DNA from: an uncultured Candidatus Saccharibacteria bacterium
GTDB lineage: Bacteria; Patescibacteriota; UBA1384; XYA2-FULL-43-10; 1-14-0-10-43-13
NCBI GenBank assembly: GCA_964543385.1
Contig: CAZIYE010000002.1
Coordinates: forward strand, 34 to 64,033
Reading direction: 5' to 3'
DNA: 64,000 bases
Shown one piece after another: positions 8,201 through 15,914 of this stretch. Position 1 is the first letter of the stretch; each line of letters starts with the position of its first letter. Made by a program: the position numbers and the translations under genes. The notes beneath the pieces are model-generated. The model was not told the DNA's origin. It made no database searches and was given only the letters and a program-made list of their open reading frames with translations.

Positions 8201-8925
8201 TTCCTGGTCAGCAATACTCGTTGGGCTTTAACAAGACTATTATTATTGATCAGGAGCAGCCTGTCGTTACAGATGTGACTTCTATCTCATCAAATGGCAC
8301 ATATAAGGTGGGTCAAGCCATTATTATTCGACTTATTGCTTCTGAGACGGTTATAGTGTCCGGAAAACCGAAATTGCAGCTTGATACTAATAACGGTGAC
8401 CGCTTTGCTATCTATAGCCAAGGTTCGGGTTCTCCAAATATTGACTTTTCTTTTGAAGTCGACGTTAACGATTCAACAGAAAGATTAAACTATGTTGATA
8501 TAAATTCCCTGGGTATGAATGGCGGCTCGATTGTTGATTTAGCAGGAAATCCTCTAGTTGCAATTTTGCCATCGCCATCCGGCCCCAATTCCCTTGCTCA
8601 TTATGCAAAAATTTTTATAGCGAAAACCACTAATGATTTTAACTCTCAAGGTACTCAAGATGATGGCCAGAGCATTTCCTCAATTAATTCTGAAAAAATA
8701 GTCACTCCCAAAACAATCGATGACAATTTAGAGGTAGCGGAAAATGAAAATACTGAACTAGCTCAAAAAGATACAGATAGAAGTAATGGTCAAAAAGAGT
8801 CAGCAATAAACGAGGTTAATGCTAAAAAAACACCTTTTAATACCATCGCACTTATTATCATATTGGGTATTGCTATTTCAGCTATTAGCTTTAGCGCTTT
8901 ATCTAAGTTAAAACCCAGAAAATAA
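5296..8925 (+). CDS. large secreted/cell-surface protein (~1,210 aa): signal peptide, right-handed beta-helix repeats, NodB/CE4 polysaccharide-deacetylase domain, two tandem ~110-aa Ig-like repeats, C-terminal TM anchor with basic tail
   Basis: N-terminal MIKKSSYLKICFVIFLILGISF signal. N/S/T-rich beta-helix-like repeats (NNSTLAGT, NNSIITAS). CE4 motifs VIDDA ... HEIASHSSSH. Two paralogous repeats (PQIVSVTAENQDGYYYAGDTLNI... / PVVTDVTSISSNGTYKVGQAIII...). C-terminal IALIIILGIAISAISFSALSKLKPRK. The ORF track start (GTG 5287) was moved to the ATG at 5296. Confidence 0.8.
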   Translation: MIKKSSYLKICFVIFLILGISFPPVSRIAKASNPTYYVSVINGQLKYRLDNWPDGSNGTIPNPSDLNQLFFDLNNDKSIVLDAGTYSGTLLDATDGIDIGRSGQHIRSAVSTDPDYANRLGEVIIDGAGMNDDVFVLNASNNISGITIRGADGGKRNLVISSGTAIINDMILSGGDSGFLFSGSSNVTLNRVKVSNVSSYIGDVNGASANTTFNYGQFTDNASPIRVFNGNLTVNNSTLAGTKNEAIYIANNNGQQVMVNNSIITASSTDNANKNAILNSSSNASCTVNNTLIHSNPMNGNYLTSGCTLNNATTDEAAGFISPKRQGMVSIVIDDAASKDWFGTMADLAEERNFRLTWAVDTRYMSIHEYWGSAIDFANRGHEIASHSSSHSYLTELRGINIQYIGTGAAATLSIDAATKTLTTSVADKPSDNLSINLNNYTLHGLANFIASSKGGSAYVGTIASSNNNEVPASILSTVSNQSIKESIYIANLNADAYYSYEIQGSKTAIETQIGNGYVVKSLHYPFWQSNSNVRDAVSSAGYIGARGFDGTRLISDIAAFETYGIQVGNLFGALNTNPNETQIKGRVHALAQYLNHVGGFITLVAHNSLMEGDYTQQEWIWVMDALKESGIQVLPYGEAIEGIIQDAESTSGSDGSLHYLRSQLHLGDQSDYSLSPLSVGIDAGSNLSLTADFLGNPVYGSPDLGAFEFQPNYLIGDDQIDITAGAKIYADGKFRNLGTSSGNIADLVVKPEGGNFSTYGQNETRPVWLEIENIVWSNTGTRHKQWVENSDFPGLTNTLHVVGDLLPSKLYNVKVDSVLGQNITGDACTSGVCRSDSNGQITFTYTGTYSAHTFDIEEGDNFGPQIVSVTAENQDGYYYAGDTLNILVEFSENVAVAGIPRLQMRTNNGDKYANYYSGSNSSVLVFNYLVEIGDRTDDLDYSNVDSLDLNSGTIRDSVGNDAVLLLPLPGQQYSLGFNKTIIIDQEQPVVTDVTSISSNGTYKVGQAIIIRLIASETVIVSGKPKLQLDTNNGDRFAIYSQGSGSPNIDFSFEVDVNDSTERLNYVDINSLGMNGGSIVDLAGNPLVAILPSPSGPNSLAHYAKIFIAKTTNDFNSQGTQDDGQSISSINSEKIVTPKTIDDNLEVAENENTELAQKDTDRSNGQKESAINEVNAKKTPFNTIALIIILGIAISAISFSALSKLKPRK

Positions 8926-9034
8926 ATAGCTAATCTATGCAAGAGTTTTTGAGATGATGTCCAGCAAGTGGTATTTCCTTGCGAGTGAAATCTGAACCTT
9001 GTTTTTTGGGCCTAATTTTGTTATGATATGGAGC

Positions 9035-9247
9035 ATGATGAGTAAAAATGAAAGCTCGATAAGCTTAGGTGATCAGATAAGAACTGCTAGAGAAAAGGCA
9101 GGACTGACACAAGCGGATGTTGCGAAGGCGGCTAGTATTGACGTCAGTTATTATGCTGAGATTGAGCGAAATGCTGTAAACCCTTCATATCGTAAGATTC
9201 AAGCGATTGCAAAAGTCCTCAAGATCAAGTCGATCAGTGTTTCATAA
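9035..9247 (+). CDS. XRE-family helix-turn-helix transcriptional regulator (ORF track start 8999; ATG at 9035/9038 more likely)
   Basis: LGDQIRTAREKAGLTQADVAKAASIDVSYYAEIERNAVNPSYRKIQAIAKVLKI matches the Cro/C1 HTH_3 pattern; a disrupted paralog lies at 19599-19817. Confidence 0.75.
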   Translation: MMSKNESSISLGDQIRTAREKAGLTQADVAKAASIDVSYYAEIERNAVNPSYRKIQAIAKVLKIKSISVS

Positions 9248-9285
9248 TCTACTCATTGTTTACATCGTTAAAAGCACTCATCAAC

Positions 9286-9336
9286 TGGTTTAGCCAGCTT
9301 AAAAGGTGTTCAAAACAAAGTCCCTCAAGGGTACCA
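9286..9336 (+). repeat. conserved 'arm' (TGGTTTAGCCA-n7-AGGTGTTCAAAACAAA) followed by a degenerate tRNA-Arg-like 3' end (CCCTCAAGGGTACCA); putative distal att site of the integrated element
   Basis: The same arm with the same spacing recurs at 19857-19890 after the XRE pseudogene. 9322-9336 matches the tRNA-Arg(TCG) 3' end CCCTCTGGGCGTACCA at 12 of 16 positions, in direct orientation. Confidence 0.5.
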
Positions 9337-9457
9337 TGAAGAAGATTTATACATTTTATTATTTGGTTATTAAATTATTTATTGTTTAAATTTAATAAAA
9401 ATTATTCGTTAAATAGTCAAATGAAAAAATAACTAAATGAACAAATATGTGATTTTT

Positions 9458-9533
<76 letters not shown>

Positions 9534-9645
9534 TGAAATAAGACAGACCCATCAACGGGTCTTTTTTAAATCAGAGTGAGGGAACACCTTAAAACCGCAA
9601 TAAATAACAATCCCTCAACATGGAGATTGTTATTTATATGAACTA

Positions 9646-9978
9646 TTAATTATTTCTATCCTGGTCATCTTTTCTGCGGCGTATTTCCTCATGATAACTA
9701 GTACTTGGTCTTTCTTCTCTTGATACACCTATAATAGCCCTTACAATGGCTATAAAGACAACGGCACCGATCACTCCCCAAAGAATACCTAAAACTGAAA
9801 AGGCGCCAGAACTCAGCGCAGTTCCTATTCCTAATACGCTGCCGAAGAACCATCTTCCAATAAGTGATCCGATAATTCCCACGATCATATCAGTTACGAT
9901 TCCTTGTCTAGTTTTCATTATTGCACTTGCAATCCAACCTATTAGAATACCAGTGATGATTGCTAGAATCCAACTCAT
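9646..9978 (-). CDS. GlsB/YeaQ/YmgE-family (transglycosylase-associated) small membrane protein
   Basis: MSWILAIITGILIGWIASAIM...GIIGSLIG...G pattern of Gly-rich TM helices, ~110 aa, charged C-terminal tail. Confidence 0.75.
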   Translation of the reverse strand: MSWILAIITGILIGWIASAIMKTRQGIVTDMIVGIIGSLIGRWFFGSVLGIGTALSSGAFSVLGILWGVIGAVVFIAIVRAIIGVSREERPSTSYHEEIRRRKDDQDRNN

Positions 9979-10040
9979 CGCAATCCTTTCATTAAATTTA
10001 TTTTTAAATCCTCAAACATTATCTGATGATTAACCTCGAC

Positions 10041-10406
10041 CTAATTTATGTCATCAGAATCTTGGTCTTTGTTTTTATCATTTTTCTCCCGAAATTCCTG
10101 ATGATAAGCAGCTCCCATTTCATTACGTTGTGAACGGGCTTTGCTTACAGAAATACCTTCGACAATCCATGAGAGAATTAGAGAACCCAAAAGTGCCCAG
10201 GTCAATCCTCTGGTGCTGAAACTGTCAAGATTAGCGCTGAGCCCACCTCCTTGACCGAACAAATTGCCAAAAAGCAGAACACCCAGAAAAGCACCAATTC
10301 CGCCGGCAATTGTGTCAGACACAATGTTACGTTCACTACGACGAAATGCATAACTTGAAAACCAGCCAACAAGTCCGCCAATTAATATTGCTAAAATCCA
10401 ACTCAT
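10041..10406 (-). CDS. GlsB/YeaQ/YmgE-family small membrane protein (tandem paralog)
   Basis: Same MSWILAI... N-terminus and Gly-rich TM pattern as the neighbouring gene. Confidence 0.75.
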   Translation of the reverse strand: MSWILAILIGGLVGWFSSYAFRRSERNIVSDTIAGGIGAFLGVLLFGNLFGQGGGLSANLDSFSTRGLTWALLGSLILSWIVEGISVSKARSQRNEMGAAYHQEFREKNDKNKDQDSDDIN

Positions 10407-10598
10407 CTAAACTCCTTTCCTAAATAATTATTTCCATACAAAATTCATAATAGATATAATTCAGTTCGGTTACGATGTTCTTTTTCACAAATTATAATTA
10501 CCGAACTTGATTCGCCTTGAAAAATTTCTAGTAATTTGGTATTATATTTTAAGTTTTAGTAGGCTATTAATTTCTTGCCTCGACATCAAACTATAAAA

Positions 10599-10673
10599 GG
10601 ATTGGTAGCTCAATGGTAGAGCAGTGGCCTCTTAAGCCATTGGTTGTGGGTCCGATTCCCACCCAATCCACCA
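10599..10673 (+). tRNA. tRNA-Lys (anticodon CTT)
   Basis: Acceptor GGATTGG/CCAATCC, anticodon stem GTGGC/GCCAT with loop CTCTTAA, T-arm GTGGG-TCCGATT-CCCAC, CCA encoded. Confidence 0.9.
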
Positions 10674-10676
10674 AAA

Positions 10677-10751
10677 GGCCTCATCGTCTATCGGTTAGGA
10701 CACCACGCTTTCAATGTGGTAAGAGGGGTTCGACTCCCCTTGAGGCTACCA
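10677..10751 (+). tRNA. tRNA-Glu (anticodon TTC)
   Basis: Acceptor GGCCTCA/TGAGGCT (G1.U72), anticodon stem CCACG/TGTGG with loop CTTTCAA, T-arm AGGGG-TTCGACT-CCCCT, CCA encoded; begins 3 nt after tRNA-Lys. Confidence 0.85.
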
Positions 10752-10951
10752 AATGAATCGAACAACTTTATATTAATGATTTATCTCTCTGGAATTCATA
10801 TTCTGGTGTTCGATAAACATTGCGAGTTATATGAAAAAGCATTGCTGCGAGGCGATGCTTTTTCATTTACAAAACTAAGTACTTGACAACATAGTATTTG
10901 GGTATATATTCATAAAGTAGACATAAAAAATTTTGAAAGGAGGTGAGAAAA

Positions 10952-11191
10952 ATGCCAAATTTAGATCAAACAGGTCCGCAAGGACAGGGTCCCATGACCG
11001 GACGAGGAATGGGTCCATGTGGAGGCGGAGCGCGTCGAGGGATGGGTTGTGGTAGAGGTTACGGACGTTTCGCAGGCCGTTCATATCTATCAAAATCCGA
11101 GGAATTGGATGAGCTGGAAGATGAAGCCAAGGCAATGGAAGCTGACCTAAAAGCTCTCAAGGAAAGAATCTCTGAGATCAGGGGAGAATAG
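10952..11191 (+). CDS. DUF5320-like glycine-rich small protein (GPMTGRG...C motif, C-terminal coiled coil)
   Basis: MPNLDQTGPQGQGPMTGRGMGPCGGG... matches the DUF5320 N-terminal motif as remembered; strong SD AAAGGAGGTGAG 7 nt upstream of the ATG at 10952 (ORF track shows an earlier GTG). Confidence 0.6.
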   Translation: MPNLDQTGPQGQGPMTGRGMGPCGGGARRGMGCGRGYGRFAGRSYLSKSEELDELEDEAKAMEADLKALKERISEIRGE

Positions 11192-11196
11192 AAAAA

Positions 11197-11239
11197 GCCG
11201 TCCCGATGCTCCGGAAATTTATCCGGAGATCGGGGCGAC
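11197..11239 (+). terminator. compound GC-rich hairpin after the DUF5320 gene (no clear U-tract)
   Basis: Inner stem CTCCGG/CCGGAG and outer stem GTCCCGAT/ATCGGGGC read from sequence. Confidence 0.35.
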
Positions 11240-11299
11240 CCGCAATTAGATTATTATCAAAAAATCATCTTTAATCAATATTAAAGCGAGGGAAAAGTA

Positions 11300-12031
11300 A
11301 TGAGATTAGAAAATAAGGTTGCTATTGTAACAGGCGCTTCATCTGGCATAGGAAGAGCAATCGCCGAAAAATTTACAAAAGAAGGTGCCAGGGTTATTTA
11401 TTCCGACATAAACGCACCGGAAGGTTTCGAAAAAACGGACAGTGTCCTGTTTGTTAAATGCGATGTTTCTAAATCAGAAGAAGTAGAAACTTTAATCGAC
11501 AAAGCAATTGATCATTTTGGCAGGATTGACATTATGGTAAACAACGCCGGAATCGGCGGATTAGGCGGTGTGCTTGATGTAACTGATGAAAATTGGGATA
11601 AAACAATCGGAATAAATCTTTCTGGCGTAATGTATGGTATGCGGGCAGCGGCTAATAAAATGAAGGAAGCTGGCATTAAAGGCGTAATTATAAATATGAG
11701 TTCAATTTTGGGTAGTGTCGGTTTTAATGGAGCTATCGCATACTGCGCGGCAAAAGGGGGTATTGTTCAACTCACTCACGCAGGATCTCTCGACCTCGCT
11801 CAGTACCAAATTAGGGTAAACGCTATTGCCCCAGGTTTCATTGAAACAAATATGACAAAAGATATACTTAAAAATGAACAATTTAATCAATTAGTAACTG
11901 GTTCAACTCCATTGGGCTATGTTGGCGAGCCGGATGATATTGCCAATGCCGCTGTTTACTTGGCATCAGATGAGGCCAAATATGTCACCGGTAATATTCT
12001 TTATGTTGATGGCGGCTGGACGGCTAAATAG
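11300..12031 (+). CDS. short-chain dehydrogenase/reductase (FabG-like, NAD(P)-dependent)
   Basis: TGASSGIG Rossmann motif, NNAG, catalytic YCAAK; 243 aa. Confidence 0.85.
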   Translation: MRLENKVAIVTGASSGIGRAIAEKFTKEGARVIYSDINAPEGFEKTDSVLFVKCDVSKSEEVETLIDKAIDHFGRIDIMVNNAGIGGLGGVLDVTDENWDKTIGINLSGVMYGMRAAANKMKEAGIKGVIINMSSILGSVGFNGAIAYCAAKGGIVQLTHAGSLDLAQYQIRVNAIAPGFIETNMTKDILKNEQFNQLVTGSTPLGYVGEPDDIANAAVYLASDEAKYVTGNILYVDGGWTAK

Positions 12032-12041
12032 AAAGGAAGCA

Positions 12042-12524
12042 ATGAGACCAAGAAAATTTAGGCATGTTTGTATGAATCCTGAAATAAGATTCTTTAAACC
12101 TCAGGGTGTTCCGATGAGCCAGTTGGAAGTTATTGATCTAACTGACGAAGAGCTTGAAGCATTAAGGCTAAAGAATATAGAGGATCTAGATCAAATAGTT
12201 GCCGCAGAAAAAATGGGCACATCGCAAAGTACTTTCCAAAGGATTCTAACTTCGGCTTACAAAAAAATTTCCGACGCGTTGGTAAACGGCAAAGCGATTA
12301 AAATCAAAGAGATTGAAAGACCGATGAGAAAGTTTGAATGTTGGAAGTGCAAACACACATGGGAGGAGCCTTTTGGCAATGGCAGGCGCGGAATTGATAT
12401 GAGCTGCCCGGAGTGCAAAGGCGAAGAGATTCATCGTTGTGATAACAACGGTCATGGTTTTGGCAATCAATTTTGGGGGCACAAAGGTGGAACGGATAAA
12501 ATAGATAAAAGCTCTGGCAATTAA
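12042..12524 (+). CDS. DUF134 (UPF0251) predicted DNA-binding protein with C-terminal C4 zinc ribbon
   Basis: FKPQGVP...LTDEELEALRLKNIEDLDQIVAAEKMGTSQSTFQRILTSAYKKISDALVNGKAIKI is the DUF134 signature; C-terminal CWKC...CPEC. Start reassigned to ATG 12042 (SD AGGAAG) after the SDR stop. Confidence 0.65.
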   Translation: MRPRKFRHVCMNPEIRFFKPQGVPMSQLEVIDLTDEELEALRLKNIEDLDQIVAAEKMGTSQSTFQRILTSAYKKISDALVNGKAIKIKEIERPMRKFECWKCKHTWEEPFGNGRRGIDMSCPECKGEEIHRCDNNGHGFGNQFWGHKGGTDKIDKSSGN

Positions 12525-12598
12525 ATATTTTCGATATTAAAGATCAATAAATCAATGACCTATACGAAGAAGAGTGAATAATTAACTAAATAATTTTC

Positions 12599-12817
12599 AT
12601 GCAAAAATCAAAAATATCAGGGATTCTAATGATTTCCTCAGCTATAATTCTCGCAGCCTTAGTAATCGGCTATACTGTTCTATTTTCAATTTTTGGGATC
12701 AAATCCGGTGGTTCGTTTTTAATGGTTATTCCCTTACTTGTAATCGCAGTTGGCGTAATAATGGCTCTATTTTTTCTTTTGCGCGCTGGAATTAAGCAGA
12801 TAAAAAATAATAAATAA
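12599..12817 (+). CDS. small two-TM membrane protein (hypothetical)
   Basis: 72-aa ORF, two hydrophobic helices. Confidence 0.5.
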   Translation: MQKSKISGILMISSAIILAALVIGYTVLFSIFGIKSGGSFLMVIPLLVIAVGVIMALFFLLRAGIKQIKNNK

Positions 12818-12852
12818 TTTAGCGTTGTTTTATAATGCTGACGGAGGAGTAA

Positions 12853-13122
12853 ATGAAAGTACTAAAATTTGGTGCCATATGGTGTCCTGGTTGTTTGATT
12901 ATGAAGCCGATGTGGCAAGAAATTGAGAAAGAAAACAGTTGGCTTAAGAATGAATACTATGACTATGATGAAAACAGAGAGATGGCTGATAAATGGCAAG
13001 TCAATGATACTCTGCCTACTTTTATCTTTGTCGATAAAGACGAGAACGAGATTCTACGCCTACAGGGCGAGCGCTCAAAGACAGAACTGTTAAAACTTAT
13101 TGAAGAGTATAAGGACAAGTAA
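12853..13122 (+). CDS. thioredoxin-like protein (WCPGC active site)
   Basis: KFGAIWCPGCLIMKP motif, 89 aa, SD GGAGGAG upstream. Confidence 0.75.
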   Translation: MKVLKFGAIWCPGCLIMKPMWQEIEKENSWLKNEYYDYDENREMADKWQVNDTLPTFIFVDKDENEILRLQGERSKTELLKLIEEYKDK

Positions 13123-14291
13123 TGAAGAAGATTGCAGCTATACTTTTTGCGGCATTTTTTGCTGCAACACTATTTTTACCTTTAAGGTCTTTTGCGGCCG
13201 AAGAAAAGATAATTTTCTTTTGGGCAGAGGGCTGTCCTCACTGCGCAGCTGAAAGCGTATTTTTGGAAAAGCTGGTATCGGAGAATTCTGGGCTTTCAGT
13301 AGAAAAGCATGAGGTATCCAAAAGCAAAGAAAATCAACAGCTTCTAGTCGATTGGAGTAAAAAGTTAAATTTTGATGCCAACGGTGTCCCTGTGACGATT
13401 ATCGGAGAAAAATATGTATTGGGATACATGGATGGTATTACCGATTCGAAGATTGAAAGTTTCCTTGTTTCCCCTGCAGACCTTAAGGGTAGTGGCGAAG
13501 TTTGCGCAATTGATCGACCATGTGATGACAAAGAGGTAAACAATCACAAGATAAAACTGCCTTTTTTTGGCGAGATTGAAACCAAAAACTTCTCACTGCC
13601 GATTCTCTCAATTGTTATCGGCATACTTGATGGCTTCAATCCTTGCGCTATGTGGACTCTGCTATTTTTGATCAGCTTGCTTCTCGGTATGAAGGATAGA
13701 AAAAGAATGTGGATACTGGGGTCTGCTTTTATTGTTGCCTCTGCCGCAGTTTACTTTGTCTTTATGTCGGCGTGGCTGAATCTGTTGCTTTTTATCGGAT
13801 TAATTGCGACAGTCCGCATAATCATCGGCTTGGTCTCGCTTGGCGGTGGAATGTACAGTCTCAAGGATTTTGCGACCAATAAAGAGGGCGGCTGCAAAGT
13901 TACGGATAATGAAAAAAGGAAGGCAACTTTTGAGAAAATAAAGCATATTGTTCACGAAAGAAGCTTCATCTTGGCTCTTTTTGGAATCATTATATTGGCC
14001 TTTGCTGTTAATCTTGTGGAGCTTATTTGCTCAGCTGGCCTTCCGGCTGTATATACTCAAATCCTGACGATGAGCAACTTGCATGTTTGGCAGTATTACC
14101 TCTATATCTTGCTTTATGTTTTCTTTTTTATGCTCGACGATCTTATTATCTTTTTCATCGCGATGTTTACATTGCAACTCACGGGTATAACTACTCGCTA
14201 CTCTCGAATTTCTAGACTAGTTGGTGGTATACTGATGTTAGTAATCGGTTTAATTTTAATATTTAAGCCTTCATGGCTAATGTTTGGATAA
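13122..14291 (+). CDS. thioredoxin-fold domain fused to a CcdA/DsbD-like transmembrane thiol-disulfide transfer domain
   Basis: Signal peptide, WAEGCPHCAAE CxxC motif, then multi-TM region with conserved Cys in GFNPCAMW and ELICSAGLP as in DsbD/CcdA. Confidence 0.55.
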   Translation: MKKIAAILFAAFFAATLFLPLRSFAAEEKIIFFWAEGCPHCAAESVFLEKLVSENSGLSVEKHEVSKSKENQQLLVDWSKKLNFDANGVPVTIIGEKYVLGYMDGITDSKIESFLVSPADLKGSGEVCAIDRPCDDKEVNNHKIKLPFFGEIETKNFSLPILSIVIGILDGFNPCAMWTLLFLISLLLGMKDRKRMWILGSAFIVASAAVYFVFMSAWLNLLLFIGLIATVRIIIGLVSLGGGMYSLKDFATNKEGGCKVTDNEKRKATFEKIKHIVHERSFILALFGIIILAFAVNLVELICSAGLPAVYTQILTMSNLHVWQYYLYILLYVFFFMLDDLIIFFIAMFTLQLTGITTRYSRISRLVGGILMLVIGLILIFKPSWLMFG

Positions 14292-15511
14292 GTATGCTTA
14301 ACGAAATTATTAAAAATTACACTAAAAAAATTGTTTTCTCTGCACTTTTTTTATTTTTGGCTCTCATACCGTTTGCAGCTAAAGCCGCAGAACAAGTTTC
14401 GGTTGATGAGGACTCAATCAATTTTCAAGAAGTGGGAAAAGTAAGTCTTGAAGAAAATTCTGAAAATATAGGCAACACTTCTGAATCGGAGCAAAAAATT
14501 GAGGCCTTGGTTCTGGAAGTTCTAAACCAAAAAGAAGTTGAAGATGAACTTGGTAAAAAAATCGTCTTACAAAATATTAAATTGAGAGGTTTGAATAACG
14601 GATACAAAGGTAAGGAGATAGAATTCTTGGGGATCGAAAATAATATTTCGACGAAACAAACTTATGAAAAAGGCGATAGGTTATTCGTTTGGATAAAAGA
14701 TGATACTAATGGCAGAACGGTAATAATCGAAGATGCCGTTCGAACCAATTCAATTATTTGGCTCTTGCTGATATTTGTCGCAGTAGTACTCATTATTGCT
14801 AGAGGTCATGGCTTAAGATCGCTCATTTCCTTATTTTTAACTTTTGTCATCATAATTAAGTGGGTTGTCCCAGCGATATCTAGTGGATCAAATCCATTAT
14901 TCATAACTCTCCTCGCTGCTTTTGCGATTCTTTTATCCTCAATTTTGTTAGTCTATGGGTGGAATAAAAAATCAGGCATTGCTATTGCTGGTACTTTTGC
15001 AGGTGTTTTAATAACTCTTGTTTTATCAGTAATCTTTAGCAACTTAACTGAGCTGACTGGTTTTGCAGCCGAAGAAAGCATGTATCTGATCGATATCTTT
15101 AAAAACGAAATTAGCCTAAAAGGATTGTTATTATCAGGTTTTGTTCTTGGCTCTCTCGGGATACTGGACGATATTGCTGTGACACAGGTCTCCGCTGTCG
15201 AAGAAATTAGAAGAGCCAACCCAAATATTTCACAATCGAATCTTTACAAAAGCGCCATGAGGGTCGGAATTGATCATATTTCTTCGATGATCAACACTCT
15301 GTTTTTAGCTTACGCTGGTGCCTCCTTTTTCTTGTTATTTTTATTTAATATTAAACAGCCGCCTTTTGAAAACTTTTCTGCTGTGATTAACAACGAAATA
15401 ATTTCCACTGAAATAGTAAGGACTTTGGTTGGCAGTATCGGTTTGATTTTATGCGTTCCAATTACTACATATATCGCAAGTACATTTTTCCATAAAAATG
15501 CTAGTAAATAG
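14273..15511 (+). CDS. polytopic membrane protein with N-terminal extracytoplasmic domain (possibly YibE/F-like)
   Basis: Signal/TM at N-terminus, soluble ~130-aa region, then 6-7 TM helices; family assignment tentative. Confidence 0.5.
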   Translation: MANVWISMLNEIIKNYTKKIVFSALFLFLALIPFAAKAAEQVSVDEDSINFQEVGKVSLEENSENIGNTSESEQKIEALVLEVLNQKEVEDELGKKIVLQNIKLRGLNNGYKGKEIEFLGIENNISTKQTYEKGDRLFVWIKDDTNGRTVIIEDAVRTNSIIWLLLIFVAVVLIIARGHGLRSLISLFLTFVIIIKWVVPAISSGSNPLFITLLAAFAILLSSILLVYGWNKKSGIAIAGTFAGVLITLVLSVIFSNLTELTGFAAEESMYLIDIFKNEISLKGLLLSGFVLGSLGILDDIAVTQVSAVEEIRRANPNISQSNLYKSAMRVGIDHISSMINTLFLAYAGASFFLLFLFNIKQPPFENFSAVINNEIISTEIVRTLVGSIGLILCVPITTYIASTFFHKNASK

Positions 15512-15545
15512 TCAGCATCACAATTAGGTTAAAAGAAGGGGCAAG

Positions 15546-15914
15546 ATGATAAAATCAGATGACGGATCAAAAACAATAAGATGGATAGCAAGAATTTTGG
15601 CTACCGCTTTTTTATTGTTTGGTCTGCCTTTTTATTTTGGTTATGGTAACCCGCTGCCTTTTGTTAGTCCTGGTTACACTTTGTGGGACAATGTTTGGCT
15701 AACAATTTTCCCGGTTGTTTTTGTAGGATTAGCAGTTGGCTGGTTAAATGAGAAGGTTGGCGGACTTTTGATAGTGATCCCGATAATAATTGGATTCATG
15801 ATGGTGTTTGTCGCAGACAAAGACATTTCCCCTCACATGCTGATACCATTTATTGTAGGTGTTTTGTATATTCTATCTAATAAAGAAATACGTAAAAAAA
15901 CTGGAGAAAAATGA
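15546..15914 (+). CDS. small multi-TM membrane protein (hypothetical)
   Basis: 122-aa ORF with 3-4 hydrophobic helices; overlaps the next gene by 4 nt. Confidence 0.5.
   Translation: MIKSDDGSKTIRWIARILATAFLLFGLPFYFGYGNPLPFVSPGYTLWDNVWLTIFPVVFVGLAVGWLNEKVGGLLIVIPIIIGFMMVFVADKDISPHMLIPFIVGVLYILSNKEIRKKTGEK

Noticed and set aside
10644-10886. 80-aa plus-strand ORF
   Set aside because: Runs through tRNA-Lys and tRNA-Glu; artefact.
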